A stretch of 64,000 nucleotides of DNA from Candidatus Hydrogenedentota bacterium (GCA_963745075.1 CAVUWV010000021.1:96001-160000), one strand, 5' to 3'; counted from the stretch's first letter, positions 38,056 to 50,817 are shown. Notes: generated by a model from the letters alone, not told the origin. Program-made: numbers and translations.

Positions 38056-39490
38056 ATGGATCAATCTCGGAATCGCTGCGCTCTTCGTCGTGTTCGGTTA
38101 CGGCGCGTTGCACCTGTATCTGCTGCGGTTCACCGCCGGCGACGTCTATCCGCCGTATTCATCGTTTCGCGCCGACCCGGTGGGAACCCGCGCGTTGTAC
38201 GAGTCGTTGAAGGAACTTGATGGGGTATCGGTCAAACGGCATGCACAACCATTCTCCAGCGATTCCGTGCGTAATACCGTTGGCAATCTTGCGTCCACGT
38301 GGCTGGTCTTGGGAACCGATGCGCACGATCCCGACCATGCGCCGCCGGATATCGTAACCGGTGTCGAGCAAGTCATGCAGCACGGCGGCCGGGTAGTCAT
38401 CGCCTTCAGTCCGACGGGAAAAGATCTGCGGAAAGAATTCGAGAAATGGGAGGAGCGGGAGGAGCGTATGCAGCGTATGCGCGAACGCCGCCGCGGGAAG
38501 GACGATAAGGCGGACGAAGGGGACGAGCCGGAAAAGGGCGCAAACAATGAAGCCAGCCCGAACGCGGATCGATCGGAAGAATCCCAGGCGACTAGTAAAG
38601 ATGACCAACCAACGGAATCGGTTGATGCTAAGAAGTCTGAATCCCCCGACAAATCCCCGGAAGACGACGAGACGAACGAGGACGACGAAAAACGCAACGA
38701 TTACGAGGACATGTTCGGACCAACGGTCGACATCGAGAAACACTGGGGAGTCCGGCTGGAATTCGATCCGGTCCAGGTGGACGCCGAAGACAAAATCGCA
38801 AAACAAGACGCAAAACTGGTCGCCGATGATAACTTGCCCAAGAACGTAACGTGGCATACGGCGACGTCGTTCGATACACTCAGCGACGAGTGGCAGGTCC
38901 TGTACGAGCGGGACGACAAGCCGGTGGTGATCGAACGGCCGTTCGGCGCGGGCACCCTGGTCTTTGCGTCGGACACTTACTTCCTCAGCAACGAGGCCTT
39001 GCGCGACGAGCGACATCCCCGCTTGTTGTCCTGGATGGTGGGCGACAACGACCTCATCGTATTCGAGGAATCGCATCTGGGCGTGGCCCACGTGCCCGGC
39101 GTGATGACCTTGATTCGGGGCTACGGCCTCTACGGGGTGTTCTGGGGTCTCATCGGCCTCGCGGTTTTATACCTGTGGAAGAACGCCGTTCCATTCGTGC
39201 CGCCTTACCGGGACGAAGCGCCTTCCGATGCGCGCCATGCCGCAGGACGGGATTCGGCCGCCGGGTTCGCCAACCTGATTCGCCGCAGCGTCGCGCCACG
39301 AAAGTTGCTGCAGACGTGCATCGCGCAATACCGAAATTCACTTGGCGCTCGGCAACGCGATCTGGCCGAACCGATACGACAAATGGAATCCATCGCCGCA
39401 CAGGAAGATTTGAAGCCGGCAAATGAGCGGAACCCCGTAAGCGCCTACCGCGCGATGTGCCGCGTCTTGAAAGAATACGTACGAGGATAG
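38039..39490 (+). CDS. DUF4350-like membrane-anchored protein
   Basis: YSSFRADPVGTRALYESL, GGRVVIA, GAGTLVFASD.YFLSNEAL, FEESHLG; acidic insertion; start uncertain. Confidence 0.78.
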   Translation: MPKSRKWINLGIAALFVVFGYGALHLYLLRFTAGDVYPPYSSFRADPVGTRALYESLKELDGVSVKRHAQPFSSDSVRNTVGNLASTWLVLGTDAHDPDHAPPDIVTGVEQVMQHGGRVVIAFSPTGKDLRKEFEKWEEREERMQRMRERRRGKDDKADEGDEPEKGANNEASPNADRSEESQATSKDDQPTESVDAKKSESPDKSPEDDETNEDDEKRNDYEDMFGPTVDIEKHWGVRLEFDPVQVDAEDKIAKQDAKLVADDNLPKNVTWHTATSFDTLSDEWQVLYERDDKPVVIERPFGAGTLVFASDTYFLSNEALRDERHPRLLSWMVGDNDLIVFEESHLGVAHVPGVMTLIRGYGLYGVFWGLIGLAVLYLWKNAVPFVPPYRDEAPSDARHAAGRDSAAGFANLIRRSVAPRKLLQTCIAQYRNSLGARQRDLAEPIRQMESIAAQEDLKPANERNPVSAYRAMCRVLKEYVRG

Positions 39491-39555
39491 CCTCCACAGA
39501 TTCGATTCCTCACAAGGGATCGCTACGGAAACCGGAGAGGAAAGGAAGCGACAAC

Positions 39556-40521
39556 GTGCAACTCGATCTGGATCACCTAAAAGAAACCCTGACGCGGACG
39601 CGTGAGGAAGTCGGCAAGGTTATCATCGGACAGCGCGACGTGGTGGACAAATGCCTCATCGCGATCTTCACCAACAACCACGCCTTGGTGGAAGGCGTGC
39701 CGGGGGTGGCGAAGACGCTGTTAGTCCGCACGCTGGCAAAGGTGCTGGGCTGCGAGTTCGCCCGCATCCAGTTCACGCCCGACTTGATGCCGGCGGACAT
39801 CACCGGCACCAACGTGTTCAACCTCCAGCACAACCAGTTCACCCTGCTAAAGGGTCCGGTTTTCACAACGTTTCTCTTGGCCGACGAAATCAACCGGGCG
39901 CCCGCAAAGACGCAATCTGCATTGTTACAGGCCATGCAGGAGCGCCGCGTGACCATCGACCGGGAAACGCACGTCCTCTCCCCCAACTTCACCGTGTTTG
40001 CCACGCAGAATCCCATCGAATACGAGGGAACCTACCCGCTGCCGGAGGCACAAAAGGACCGGTTCATGGTCAAGATCTCCATGGGTTGCCCCGAGCGGGA
40101 CGAGGAACTGTCCCTGGCAACGCGTACGCTCGGGACGGAATCGCCCGAGGCGACCTTGGCCAGCGACGCCGTGCAGCCGGTTATCACGGCCGATGAGCTG
40201 ACCAAAATACGCAGCGCGCTTCAAAGCGTCACCGTACGCGAAGAGTTGATCGGATACATCGTGGACATCGTGCGTAAATCCCGCACCCACAACACCGTCC
40301 TGGTCGGCGCAGGACCCCGTGCGACGCAGGCCATCCTGCTGTCCAGCCGGGTTCAGGCGGCCATCGCCGGCCGCGATTTTGTGACCCCCGACGACGTCAA
40401 AGAAATGACACGTCCCGTGCTCGAACACCGGTTGATACTGCGACCCGAATACGAGATCGAAGGCCTGACCGTGTCCGAAGTAATTAGCCGAATCGTGGAA
40501 GAGGTGGCAGTCCCCCGATGA
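39556..40521 (+). CDS. moxR: MoxR-family AAA+ ATPase
   Basis: [43 protein letters not shown]. Confidence 0.95.
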   Translation: MQLDLDHLKETLTRTREEVGKVIIGQRDVVDKCLIAIFTNNHALVEGVPGVAKTLLVRTLAKVLGCEFARIQFTPDLMPADITGTNVFNLQHNQFTLLKGPVFTTFLLADEINRAPAKTQSALLQAMQERRVTIDRETHVLSPNFTVFATQNPIEYEGTYPLPEAQKDRFMVKISMGCPERDEELSLATRTLGTESPEATLASDAVQPVITADELTKIRSALQSVTVREELIGYIVDIVRKSRTHNTVLVGAGPRATQAILLSSRVQAAIAGRDFVTPDDVKEMTRPVLEHRLILRPEYEIEGLTVSEVISRIVEEVAVPR

Positions 40522-41870
40522 TCGTTCCCCGGACATTGCTCCTGATTTGCGTCGGCGGCGTCATCGCGATTGCCGCGGTGGGCGTCACAGTGCCGTCGGT
40601 CGCGCCGAACATCCCGTATGCCGCCGCGTTGCTCGTTCTGATCGCGGTGGTGGATGCGTTGCTCGGAGCCGGCACGCTTCGTGGTATCGCCGTCACCCTT
40701 CCGGACGTGATTCGCCTCAGCAAGGATCGGGACGGCGACGTGGATATCTACGTGCGCAACGATCGGCGCCGGGCGCAACGGCTGCGGATTGGATTGGCCT
40801 TTCCCCGGGAGATCGGGTCCGAATTGGACAGCGTCCACACCGTAGCGCCGCCCGATACGCAAGTCGCCCATCTCGCGTGGTCGGTAAAGCCGTCCCGCCG
40901 TGGCAACTATCGACTCGACCGGGTATACATGGAAAGCCCGTCTCCTTTGGGCCTTTGGTCGATACGCGGTTCGTCGGAAGTCCAATCGGAACTGCGCGTC
41001 TATCCGAACCTCGTGACCGAGCGGCGGCGGCTTGCGGCGCTCTTTCTCAATCGGGGGGCGTTCGGGGTCCACGCGCAACGGCAGGTCGGACAAGGCCGCG
41101 AATTCGAGAAATTGCGCGAGTATGTCCCCGGCGACGGCTACGAAGACATCCACTGGAAAGCCACCGCCAAACGAGGCCGCCCCATTACTAAGCTCTACCA
41201 GTTGGAGCGTACCCAGGAAATCTACGTCGTTATCGATACGTCCCGCCTGAGCGCCCGCCGCGTCTTGATGCCGGGCGGCGAGGACGGCGGTGACACGATG
41301 GAAGTGACTCAACTGGAACGATTTATCACAGCAGCACTGATTCTTGGACTGGTTGCCGAGCGGCAGGGCGATTTGTTCGGGTTGCTGACCTACGGCGGTT
41401 CGGTGCGGAGTTTCGTGCGGGCGAGCACCGGTCAGGCGCACTATTCGGCCTGCCGCGACGCGTTGTACACCCTCGAACCCCAGACGGTGAATCCGGATTT
41501 TGACGAACTGTTTACGTTCTTGCGCATGCGGTTGCGTCGACGGGCGCTGCTGGTCTTCCTGACAAACCTGGACGACGCGGTCCTCGCGGAGAGTTTTGTG
41601 CGAAACGTGGAGATGATCCGGCGCCATCACCTGGTGCTGGTAGGCATGCTGTCACCACCGGGTATTCGGCCCCTGTTCTCCGACGAGAAGACCGAATCCA
41701 TGGACGATATTTACCGGTCCCTGGCGGGCCACATGAAATGGCACGATCTCCGCGAACTCGAGCGCGTGTTGCACCGTCAGGGCGTAAACTTCTTTCTGCT
41801 CGACAACGAGCGCATGTGCGCGGAATTGGTCAGCCAGTATGCGAGCGTCAAACAGAGGCAACTCTTGTGA
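40518..41870 (+). CDS. DUF58 (vWA-like) protein
   Basis: GREFEKLREYVPGD..IHWKATAKR, IDTSR. Confidence 0.9.
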   Translation: MIVPRTLLLICVGGVIAIAAVGVTVPSVAPNIPYAAALLVLIAVVDALLGAGTLRGIAVTLPDVIRLSKDRDGDVDIYVRNDRRRAQRLRIGLAFPREIGSELDSVHTVAPPDTQVAHLAWSVKPSRRGNYRLDRVYMESPSPLGLWSIRGSSEVQSELRVYPNLVTERRRLAALFLNRGAFGVHAQRQVGQGREFEKLREYVPGDGYEDIHWKATAKRGRPITKLYQLERTQEIYVVIDTSRLSARRVLMPGGEDGGDTMEVTQLERFITAALILGLVAERQGDLFGLLTYGGSVRSFVRASTGQAHYSACRDALYTLEPQTVNPDFDELFTFLRMRLRRRALLVFLTNLDDAVLAESFVRNVEMIRRHHLVLVGMLSPPGIRPLFSDEKTESMDDIYRSLAGHMKWHDLRELERVLHRQGVNFFLLDNERMCAELVSQYASVKQRQLL

Positions 41871-41922
41871 CGTGGCAACGGATTCAACACGGTAGAACCA
41901 ATACGCCGCTGGAGCGCGAGAC

Positions 41923-42981
41923 GTGATTATCGATCTGGAACGTTTCATCACGGAAGAACGTCCCTACTGGACGGAACTCGAGGAAACCCTGAACCGCCTC
42001 GAAGCGGACGTCGCGTACCGCTTAGACCTGAAGCAGGCCCGCCGGCTCCACTACTTGTACGAACGGAGCGCCACCGATCTGTCCAAGCTTTCCACGTTTG
42101 CATCGGAGCCCGCGCTGAGCCGGTACCTCGAAACGCTGGTGGCACGCGCCTACGGCGAGATTCACGAGGTCCGCGGAAAACCGCACCGGTTTCACCCGAT
42201 TCGCTGGGGGGGTCGCACGTTTCCGCGAACGTTCCGGCGTCATATCGCGGTGTTCTGGGTCAGCGTCGCCATAACCCTGGCCGGGACGACCCTGGGTGGC
42301 GCGGCCGTGACCTTCGACCCGAACGCGAAAGACGTTTTGATGCCGTTTCCTCATCTGCGCATCGACCCTCGCGAGCGCGTTGCAAAGGAAGAGAAGACGC
42401 AGAAATTCGATCCGCGCGCGGGAACAAAAGCCATGGGCACGAGTTTCTACATAGCGAACAATACGAAAGTCGCGATCATGACGCTCGCACTGGGTGCGCT
42501 TTGGGGGCTGGGCACCATCCTTGTCCTCTTCAGCAACGGCGTCATGATGGGCGCCGTGACGATGGATTATCTCAACGCGCACGAAGGCGTCTTTCTGACG
42601 GCCTGGTTACTCCCCCATGGCGCCCTGGAGATACCCGCCATTGTAATCGCCGGGCAGGCCGGCCTCCTGCTCGGGAAAGCGTTAATAGGATGGGATTCCC
42701 GGCTTTCCACTCGTGCGCGGCTCCGCAGCGTCACGCCGGACCTCCTGACGCTTATCGGCGGCGTGGCACTCATGCTGGTATGGGCCGCCTTCGTGGAAGC
42801 GTGGCTGTCGCAATACCATGAACCCGTGATTCCCTATGCCGTCAAGATTACCTTCGGTGTCATCGAGCTGATCCTGCTTATTTCGTTTTTGACCTGCGCC
42901 GGACGCAAACGGTGGAAGGATGAATCGGAGGAATCCACACACGACGTGACGCACGAAACCGTCCCATCCACACCCGCTTAG
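41923..42981 (+). CDS. Stage II sporulation protein M (SpoIIM/DUF95) family
   Basis: NNTKVA, NGVMMG, LLPHGALEIPAI, AAFVEA motifs. Confidence 0.9.
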   Translation: MIIDLERFITEERPYWTELEETLNRLEADVAYRLDLKQARRLHYLYERSATDLSKLSTFASEPALSRYLETLVARAYGEIHEVRGKPHRFHPIRWGGRTFPRTFRRHIAVFWVSVAITLAGTTLGGAAVTFDPNAKDVLMPFPHLRIDPRERVAKEEKTQKFDPRAGTKAMGTSFYIANNTKVAIMTLALGALWGLGTILVLFSNGVMMGAVTMDYLNAHEGVFLTAWLLPHGALEIPAIVIAGQAGLLLGKALIGWDSRLSTRARLRSVTPDLLTLIGGVALMLVWAAFVEAWLSQYHEPVIPYAVKITFGVIELILLISFLTCAGRKRWKDESEESTHDVTHETVPSTPA

Positions 42982-42987
42982 GCCATC

Positions 42988-43839
42988 ATGGAAGCACGAA
43001 CCAACAAGCTGACCATTCACACGCCGGAGGGAATTGCGTTTTCGCTGAACCTGGCCGGGCCGGTGACCCGCTTTCTTGCGCGGACCATCGATTTCTTTAT
43101 CGAGGTTCTTGCAACCATAGCGATCGCCTACCTCATCAACATACTCAACGTTCTCCCGCTCATATTCCGCGTAAGCCTGGCAGATTGGGCATTCGCCTTC
43201 GTGATGATTGCATACTTCGTGGTACCCATCGTCCATTCGATGCTGTTCGAATGGTTCATGCGCGGTCAGACCTTCGGCAAACGTGCCCTGCGCATACGCG
43301 TCGTGGATGCGGACGGGCTTCGCCTGCAATTCAGCCAGGTCGCGATCCGAAATCTGATGCGGTTCGTGGACAGTTTGTACCCCTTCTACGTCATCGGGGG
43401 AATCGCCTGCATCCTGAGCCGCCGTTCGCAGCGCCTGGGCGATTACGTGGCCAATACGGTCGTCATGCGGCTGCCCAGGATTTCGGACCCGGACCTGAGC
43501 CACGTCCTCAGCGGCAAGTACAACTCGTTTCGGGAATACCCCCATCTGGCGGCCCGGTTACGACAGCAGGTTTCGCCGGAAGAGGCGCGAATCGCGCTTC
43601 ACGCAGTCCTGCGAAGGAATACATTGGATCCGCAGGCACGCGTGGAACTGTTTGCAGATATCGCGGATCATTTCCGATCGTTGGTGGAGTTTCCCGAGGC
43701 CGCGACGCTGGGCATGGCCGACGAACAGTATGTCCGCAACGTCGTCGAGATCTTGTTTCAACCGCGCACGAACGGCGGAGGCGCCAAGGCCGAGGCGACG
43801 GCACAGAGTAGCCTGCGGCCGGCGAACCCAGTACAATAA
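42988..43839 (+). CDS. RDD family protein
   Basis: TPEGI...AGPVTRFLARTID, GQTFGKRALRIRVV, RNLMRFVD, QRLGDYVANTVV. Confidence 0.92.
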   Translation: MEARTNKLTIHTPEGIAFSLNLAGPVTRFLARTIDFFIEVLATIAIAYLINILNVLPLIFRVSLADWAFAFVMIAYFVVPIVHSMLFEWFMRGQTFGKRALRIRVVDADGLRLQFSQVAIRNLMRFVDSLYPFYVIGGIACILSRRSQRLGDYVANTVVMRLPRISDPDLSHVLSGKYNSFREYPHLAARLRQQVSPEEARIALHAVLRRNTLDPQARVELFADIADHFRSLVEFPEAATLGMADEQYVRNVVEILFQPRTNGGGAKAEATAQSSLRPANPVQ

Positions 43840-43921
43840 AGGCCCCGAGTCCAGGCGGTGGATGTGGCGAGAAAGCGGGCGTCCCTGATGACGCCCTCAC
43901 CCGAGTTGCAAGGTGGGAGCA

Positions 43922-44728
43922 ATGGCAAGATTACTCGACAAACTGCGAACCGGTTTTCTCTTCGACCGGGGCGTACGTCTCGCCGAACGCGGGAACTATC
44001 AGCGGGCATTGGTCTACTTCGAGACGGTTATGCAACGCGCACCCGACTTTGCGCTGGCCCATTCCAACATGGGATTCTGCCACTACAAGATGGGCGCGGC
44101 CGGCGACGCGCAGCGTGCCTACGAACAGGCGCAGGAACTCGCGCCGGACGATGCGGAGAATTATTACGATCTCGGGTGCATTCACCACGCGCAAGGGCAG
44201 CGGCAGGCGGCGCTGGAATGCTTTCGCGAGGCCCTGCGGTTGCAGCCCAACCACGCGGAGGCTTACACGGCCATCGAGCAGGTACGGATCGAACTCGGCA
44301 TGCCGGCCATCGATGCCCCGCCCGTCGCAGCAGAAGACGTCAACCCGACCGAGCCGAACCCGGCGGCCAAGGCTGTAGAACTCCTCCGCACGGGGGAATC
44401 TGACTACGAAACGGGCGACATGGAGGCCGCCCTGAAAGCATGGGACGAAGCGGCGCGGCTCGACCCGAAGAACCCCACGACCCAAAACAACCGTGCGGCG
44501 GCGCTGCTCGAACTCGGCCGCCACCAGGAGGCGATCGAGGCCTGCACGCAAGCACTTCGGATCAATCCGAAATACGCCGTCGCGCACATGACCCGCGCCG
44601 AAATCTACGCCGCGCTGGGAAATCGCGATGCGGTCATGCGCGAGTATACGGCCTTAAACGGTATGGACGAAGGTTTGGCCGAACAACTGCTCGAACTCAT
44701 ACCCGAGACACCGGAGAAGGAAGCGTGA
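43922..44728 (+). CDS. Tetratricopeptide repeat protein
   Basis: Multiple TPR motifs (AHSNMG, YYDLG, ALRLQPNHAEAY, ALRINPKYA). Confidence 0.9.
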   Translation: MARLLDKLRTGFLFDRGVRLAERGNYQRALVYFETVMQRAPDFALAHSNMGFCHYKMGAAGDAQRAYEQAQELAPDDAENYYDLGCIHHAQGQRQAALECFREALRLQPNHAEAYTAIEQVRIELGMPAIDAPPVAAEDVNPTEPNPAAKAVELLRTGESDYETGDMEAALKAWDEAARLDPKNPTTQNNRAAALLELGRHQEAIEACTQALRINPKYAVAHMTRAEIYAALGNRDAVMREYTALNGMDEGLAEQLLELIPETPEKEA

Positions 44729-45210
44729 AGGTACTGCGCTGGTTGATGCTGGGATTGCTGCTCGGCTGGACCGCCGGGTGCGGCGCGCCCCCGAATGGCT
44801 CGACACAGGAAGGTGGTTCCCAAAAACTGTCCGACCGGGTGCAATCGGCGTTGCAGAACGTCAAGACTGCAACGCAGGATCAAATCGAGAAACAAGCAGT
44901 CGCACTGGTGGCCGAGTTGGACCGCCGGGTCGAGGACACCGAACGGCGGGCCGCCGAATCGGCCGAAGCATCGGTTCGGGAGTCCCTCGAACAGGTGCGC
45001 ATGAAATTGGAAGAGAAACGGGACGAGATACGCGAACGTCTTGCGGCCCTCCGGGATGATACGCAAACGCGGGATGAGCTCCGCAGGGATCTATCCAAAA
45101 CCTTGACGGACCTCGGCACTTCCATCGAGGAGGCGACCCGATTGCTGCTGGAGAAGCCCGGCAACGGCCAACCGCCCGATGGGAACCGCCCGACCCAAGC
45201 GGCGTCGTAA
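44725..45210 (+). CDS. Putative lipoprotein, helical bundle
   Basis: VKVLRWLMLGLLLGWTAG-C lipobox; GTGA overlap with upstream stop. Confidence 0.7.
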   Translation: MKVLRWLMLGLLLGWTAGCGAPPNGSTQEGGSQKLSDRVQSALQNVKTATQDQIEKQAVALVAELDRRVEDTERRAAESAEASVRESLEQVRMKLEEKRDEIRERLAALRDDTQTRDELRRDLSKTLTDLGTSIEEATRLLLEKPGNGQPPDGNRPTQAAS

Positions 45211-45246
45211 CGCACATTTACGCGACGGGAGCATTCAAGGAGTACC

Positions 45247-45969
45247 ATGATCGAACTTGGTGTGAATATCGACCACGTGGCGACCTTGCGCGAAGCGCGT
45301 AAAGCCGTCGAACCCGACATAATTGCGGCCGCAAAGATCTGCGAGTTGGCGGGCGCCCATCAGATCACCGTGCACCTGCGCCAGGACCGGCGTCACATTC
45401 AGGACCGCGACGTGGAACTGCTTTCACAAGTGCTCCAGGTGCGGATTAATCTGGAAATGGCCGCGGTCGACGAGATCGTCGCGATCGCCCATCGCATTCG
45501 ACCGGCCGTCGTGTGCCTGGTTCCGGAGAATCGACAGGAGATTACGACGGAAGGCGGCCTCGACGTGGCGGCCCAGGTGAAACGCCTGAAAAAAGTCGTG
45601 CAGGGGTTTCACGACGGCGGCATCAAGGTCAGCATGTTCATCGACCCCGATCTCGATCAAGTCGACGCCAGCGCCGAGACGGGCGCAGACTTCGTGGAAC
45701 TGCACACGGGCGCATACGCCAACGCGGCCGATCTCGACATTCTCGGTGAAGTCAACCGTTTGGCCGGCGCGGCGGCGCGGGCCATCGGGGCGGGCCTCGT
45801 CTTCAACGCCGGTCATGGGTTGACGGTGCGCAACCTCCGGCCTGTCGCGGCCATTCCGGGTCTCAATGAGGTAAACATCGGGCACTCCATCATTTCGCGC
45901 GCCCTCTTCATCGGGTTGCACCAAGCGGTGGAAGAGATTCTGGCCATCCTGCGAGAGTACTCCACGTAG
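45247..45969 (+). CDS. pdxJ: Pyridoxine 5'-phosphate synthase
   Basis: [48 protein letters not shown]. Confidence 0.97.
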   Translation: MIELGVNIDHVATLREARKAVEPDIIAAAKICELAGAHQITVHLRQDRRHIQDRDVELLSQVLQVRINLEMAAVDEIVAIAHRIRPAVVCLVPENRQEITTEGGLDVAAQVKRLKKVVQGFHDGGIKVSMFIDPDLDQVDASAETGADFVELHTGAYANAADLDILGEVNRLAGAAARAIGAGLVFNAGHGLTVRNLRPVAAIPGLNEVNIGHSIISRALFIGLHQAVEEILAILREYST

Positions 45970-46074
45970 CGCCCCAGGCGGCGTGAAACTCTCCCGAAGG
46001 CTGACATCGGAATACCGCATCGGGTACACTGATTGTTGGCATAGGAAACGCAACAATCTCGGTACCACACGATC

Positions 46075-46422
46075 ATGGAAATTCGCCATCATAAGACCGC
46101 TGGCGTGGCCGTTGTAACCCTCAGTGGGCGATTCGACGCCCCGTCGGCCCCGGAAGCAGAAGACGCATTCAAGGGCTATCTGCAGGATGGAACCAAGAAA
46201 GTGCTCATTGACCTGAGCGGCGTCGAATACATCAGCAGCGGCGGTCTTCGCGTCATCATCATGGTGACGAAAGCCCTGGAAAAAGTGAACGGTACGTTGA
46301 AGCTTTGCGGCTTGACCCCCTTTGTGTCGGAAGTGTTCGAGATCACGAACCTCTCGAAACGATACGAAATCTGCGAGGACCAACGTGCGGGACTCACCGC
46401 CTTCGGCGTACAGGAGTCGTAA
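46075..46422 (+). CDS. STAS-domain anti-sigma factor antagonist
   Basis: LSGRFDA, IDLSGVEYISSGGLR, VSEVFEIT. Confidence 0.92.
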   Translation: MEIRHHKTAGVAVVTLSGRFDAPSAPEAEDAFKGYLQDGTKKVLIDLSGVEYISSGGLRVIIMVTKALEKVNGTLKLCGLTPFVSEVFEITNLSKRYEICEDQRAGLTAFGVQES

Positions 46423-46428
46423 CCTTTC

Positions 46429-48378
<1,950 letters not shown>

Positions 48379-48430
48379 TGCGGCGGGCATCGGCCCAACT
48401 GCTGCGCAGCCTTGCGCGCGCCAAAGTCGA

Positions 48431-49978
48431 ATGCGATTACCAAACGAAACACCAAAAACTATCACGCTCGTAGAGGCCTGCATGGTCGCCGGCATCCTCC
48501 TACTAGCTGCCGGGCTTCGGCTCTATCGCCTTGAGTCGGAGTCCCTCTGGTACGACGAAGTCGTGAGCGTGCGGGCGCTGGATGCGCCGGGGCTCGCCGA
48601 GTTCTTGAACGACGAGCGCGTTCTGGACCCGGCGGTCGTGCCCGCATACTTCTGCCTGGAGTACTTCTGGTGGCACTACGTTGCGAATTCCGAGTATTCG
48701 CTGCGCTTGCTTTCGACATTCCTTGGGCTTCTCACGGTAGGCGCGGTCTGGTGGATGGGGCGCGTGATGTTCTCCCCTGGAGCCGGCTTGATTGCGGCAT
48801 TCCTCACGGCCTGCTCCCAAATCCTCATCTACCAATCGCAAGAGATCCGCATGTACGCGTTGATGTATCTCCTGGCCGCACTGTCGATGCTGTTCCTCGA
48901 ACGGGCCTTGGCTACCGGCCAACCGCGATGGTGGATCGCACACTGGGCATCAAACGGCCTGTTGGTCTGGACCCATCTCTTCGGAACACTCGTGCTACTG
49001 GCCCAGGGTCTCGCCCTGCTGTGGATATGGAGACGTCGCTACCGGGCGGTCGCGGCATGGGTCATGGCGCAGGGTGCGTATCTGGCGCCGCTCGGCTGGT
49101 ACCTGCTCCGTATGCCGCAGGTCTCCCTCGAGAAACACTTGCGCTGGATCCCCATGCCACCGTTCCCCGCCGTATTAGACACCTTCTGGACGGTGCTCCC
49201 CGGAGTCGCTCTCGACGGTGGAAAGCAAATTCAACTGACCACGATGCCGTCGTTGTTGAGCCACGCGACGGGGTTCCTGGTATGGCTCTGTGCAGGATGG
49301 CTCGTGTGGCGCAGGGTGCGATCGAAACATGACGGTGCACGCGGGACGTTGCCGGAGCGCTTCAGAAAAGCACCAGTATTGCTGCTCGTGCTCTGGCTTG
49401 CGGCACCGGTCCTCACCCTCGTCGCGCTTTCATACGCCGTGCAGCCCTGCTTTGTCGAGCGCTACGCGGGACATTGCGCGCTGCCACTATTTCTGCTGGC
49501 TGGCGCCGGCGTGAGCGCCATAAACCGGCGCTGGGTGAAACGCGGCGTCGTAGTCCTTCTGGCACTGCTGTACATCCCCGCGATTGCGCAGTGGCCGAGA
49601 CCCCTGCGCCCGAATCTGCGCGGCGCCTTGGCTGTGATTGAACGCGACAGTGTGGGAGGCGAAACGTTCGTCCTGGACAACATCTACGAGTCGGGGCTCG
49701 CTTTCGCCTTCTACGCCAACGTGCCGGTGGAAGATCTAACGATGGGGCAGAAGTATCTCCGCCACGCAAAACGCGAAGTCATAAGCGGTCACCCGATCTG
49801 GATTCTGTCGGTGGGAGGCGACCGCGGGATCGAGCGTTTTCAAAACGCGCGTCAACAACTGGGCGTCAAAACCAACTATTACCGATTCAATGGACGACGG
49901 AGCGTTCATCTGATTCACGCCGTACCCCGGCATGGGAAAGGGACCGAGGAAGACCGTGGCTCGCTAGCTACCGAGTAA
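48431..49978 (+). CDS. GT-C (PMT/ArnT-like) membrane glycosyltransferase
   Basis: SLWYDE, P.YF, LRLLS, SQEIRMY motifs; multi-TM. Confidence 0.85.
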   Translation: MRLPNETPKTITLVEACMVAGILLLAAGLRLYRLESESLWYDEVVSVRALDAPGLAEFLNDERVLDPAVVPAYFCLEYFWWHYVANSEYSLRLLSTFLGLLTVGAVWWMGRVMFSPGAGLIAAFLTACSQILIYQSQEIRMYALMYLLAALSMLFLERALATGQPRWWIAHWASNGLLVWTHLFGTLVLLAQGLALLWIWRRRYRAVAAWVMAQGAYLAPLGWYLLRMPQVSLEKHLRWIPMPPFPAVLDTFWTVLPGVALDGGKQIQLTTMPSLLSHATGFLVWLCAGWLVWRRVRSKHDGARGTLPERFRKAPVLLLVLWLAAPVLTLVALSYAVQPCFVERYAGHCALPLFLLAGAGVSAINRRWVKRGVVVLLALLYIPAIAQWPRPLRPNLRGALAVIERDSVGGETFVLDNIYESGLAFAFYANVPVEDLTMGQKYLRHAKREVISGHPIWILSVGGDRGIERFQNARQQLGVKTNYYRFNGRRSVHLIHAVPRHGKGTEEDRGSLATE

Positions 49979-50773
49979 GCGCGCCGCGTTCTGTCCGAGA
50001 ATGTTGGACTGGGTCAGCCCCGCGAGACCGCTTTGCAGCAGGACGGAGTTTCTCGTCTGTTCGATGGTTTGCCGGGCGATATCGGCGTCCCGAATCCGCG
50101 ATTCCGACTCCGCGGCGTTCTGCGATTCCGTTTGGCGAACGTCAATGGCGCGTGTGAACCGGTTCGCTTGGGCGCCGAGTTCTGCCCGGCTATTCTGAAT
50201 TTGGGTCAACGCATTGTCCACGGTGTCAATGCCGTTCTGCGCCCCCGCCTGCGTAGACAAGTCAAGCCCATTGATTCCCAGTGAATCACCTGTGGACTCC
50301 TGGATGTTGACCTCCACGTTGCCTTCGACACCCAATTGGACGTTGGCGGCGGTTCCATCCAGCAGATTCCGACCGTTGAACTCCGTGTTGTTCCCCGTTT
50401 CGTTAATCTGTTGGACGAGTTGTTGGGCTTCCTGGTTGATCGCAGCGCGCTGGTCGTCCGTCAAGGTTCCGTTCGATGCCTGCAGGGCCAGTTCCCGGAT
50501 ACGCTGCGTGGCATCTTGTTGCGTACCGATGGCGGCATCCGCGGTCTGGACTACATTGACTCCGGATTGAAGGTTGGACACCTCCTGATTGAGCTGATTG
50601 ACCTGGGCACGGAATCGTTCGACGATGGCCAGACCGGCCGCATCATCGGCGCCCTGGTTGATCCGTTGTCCCGTCGCAAGACGCTCGAACCCCTTCAACA
50701 GGGCGTTGGACGTTTGCTGTGTTTGACGTTGGATGAATAAGGCTGACTCGTTCGAGTTGATCCGCAAACCCAT
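49964..50773 (-). CDS. fliC: Flagellin, minimal (269 aa, D0/D1 only)
   Basis: RINSN, RLATGQRINQGADDAAGLAI, TEFNGRNLL, RAELGAQANRF, ESRIRDADIA. Confidence 0.93.
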   Translation of the reverse strand: MGLRINSNESALFIQRQTQQTSNALLKGFERLATGQRINQGADDAAGLAIVERFRAQVNQLNQEVSNLQSGVNVVQTADAAIGTQQDATQRIRELALQASNGTLTDDQRAAINQEAQQLVQQINETGNNTEFNGRNLLDGTAANVQLGVEGNVEVNIQESTGDSLGINGLDLSTQAGAQNGIDTVDNALTQIQNSRAELGAQANRFTRAIDVRQTESQNAAESESRIRDADIARQTIEQTRNSVLLQSGLAGLTQSNILGQNAARLLGS

Positions 50774-50790
50774 TTCGACCACTCCCAAGG

Positions 50791-50817
50791 CAATCGACTT
50801 CCCATAATACTCTTTTA
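50791..50817 (-). promoter_or_regulatory. Sigma28 (FliA)-like promoter of flagellin
   Basis: Minus strand TAAA-N15-GTCGATTG versus consensus TAAA-N15-GCCGATAA. Confidence 0.65.

Noticed and set aside
41923..42981. Evidence of sporulation
   Set aside because: SpoIIM-family genes are a routine part of MoxR/DUF58 clusters in non-sporulating bacteria
48431..50773. GT-C enzyme glycosylating the neighbouring flagellin
   Set aside because: Bacterial flagellins are glycosylated in the cytoplasm and exported through the T3SS channel; the genes are convergent, so adjacency is probably incidental
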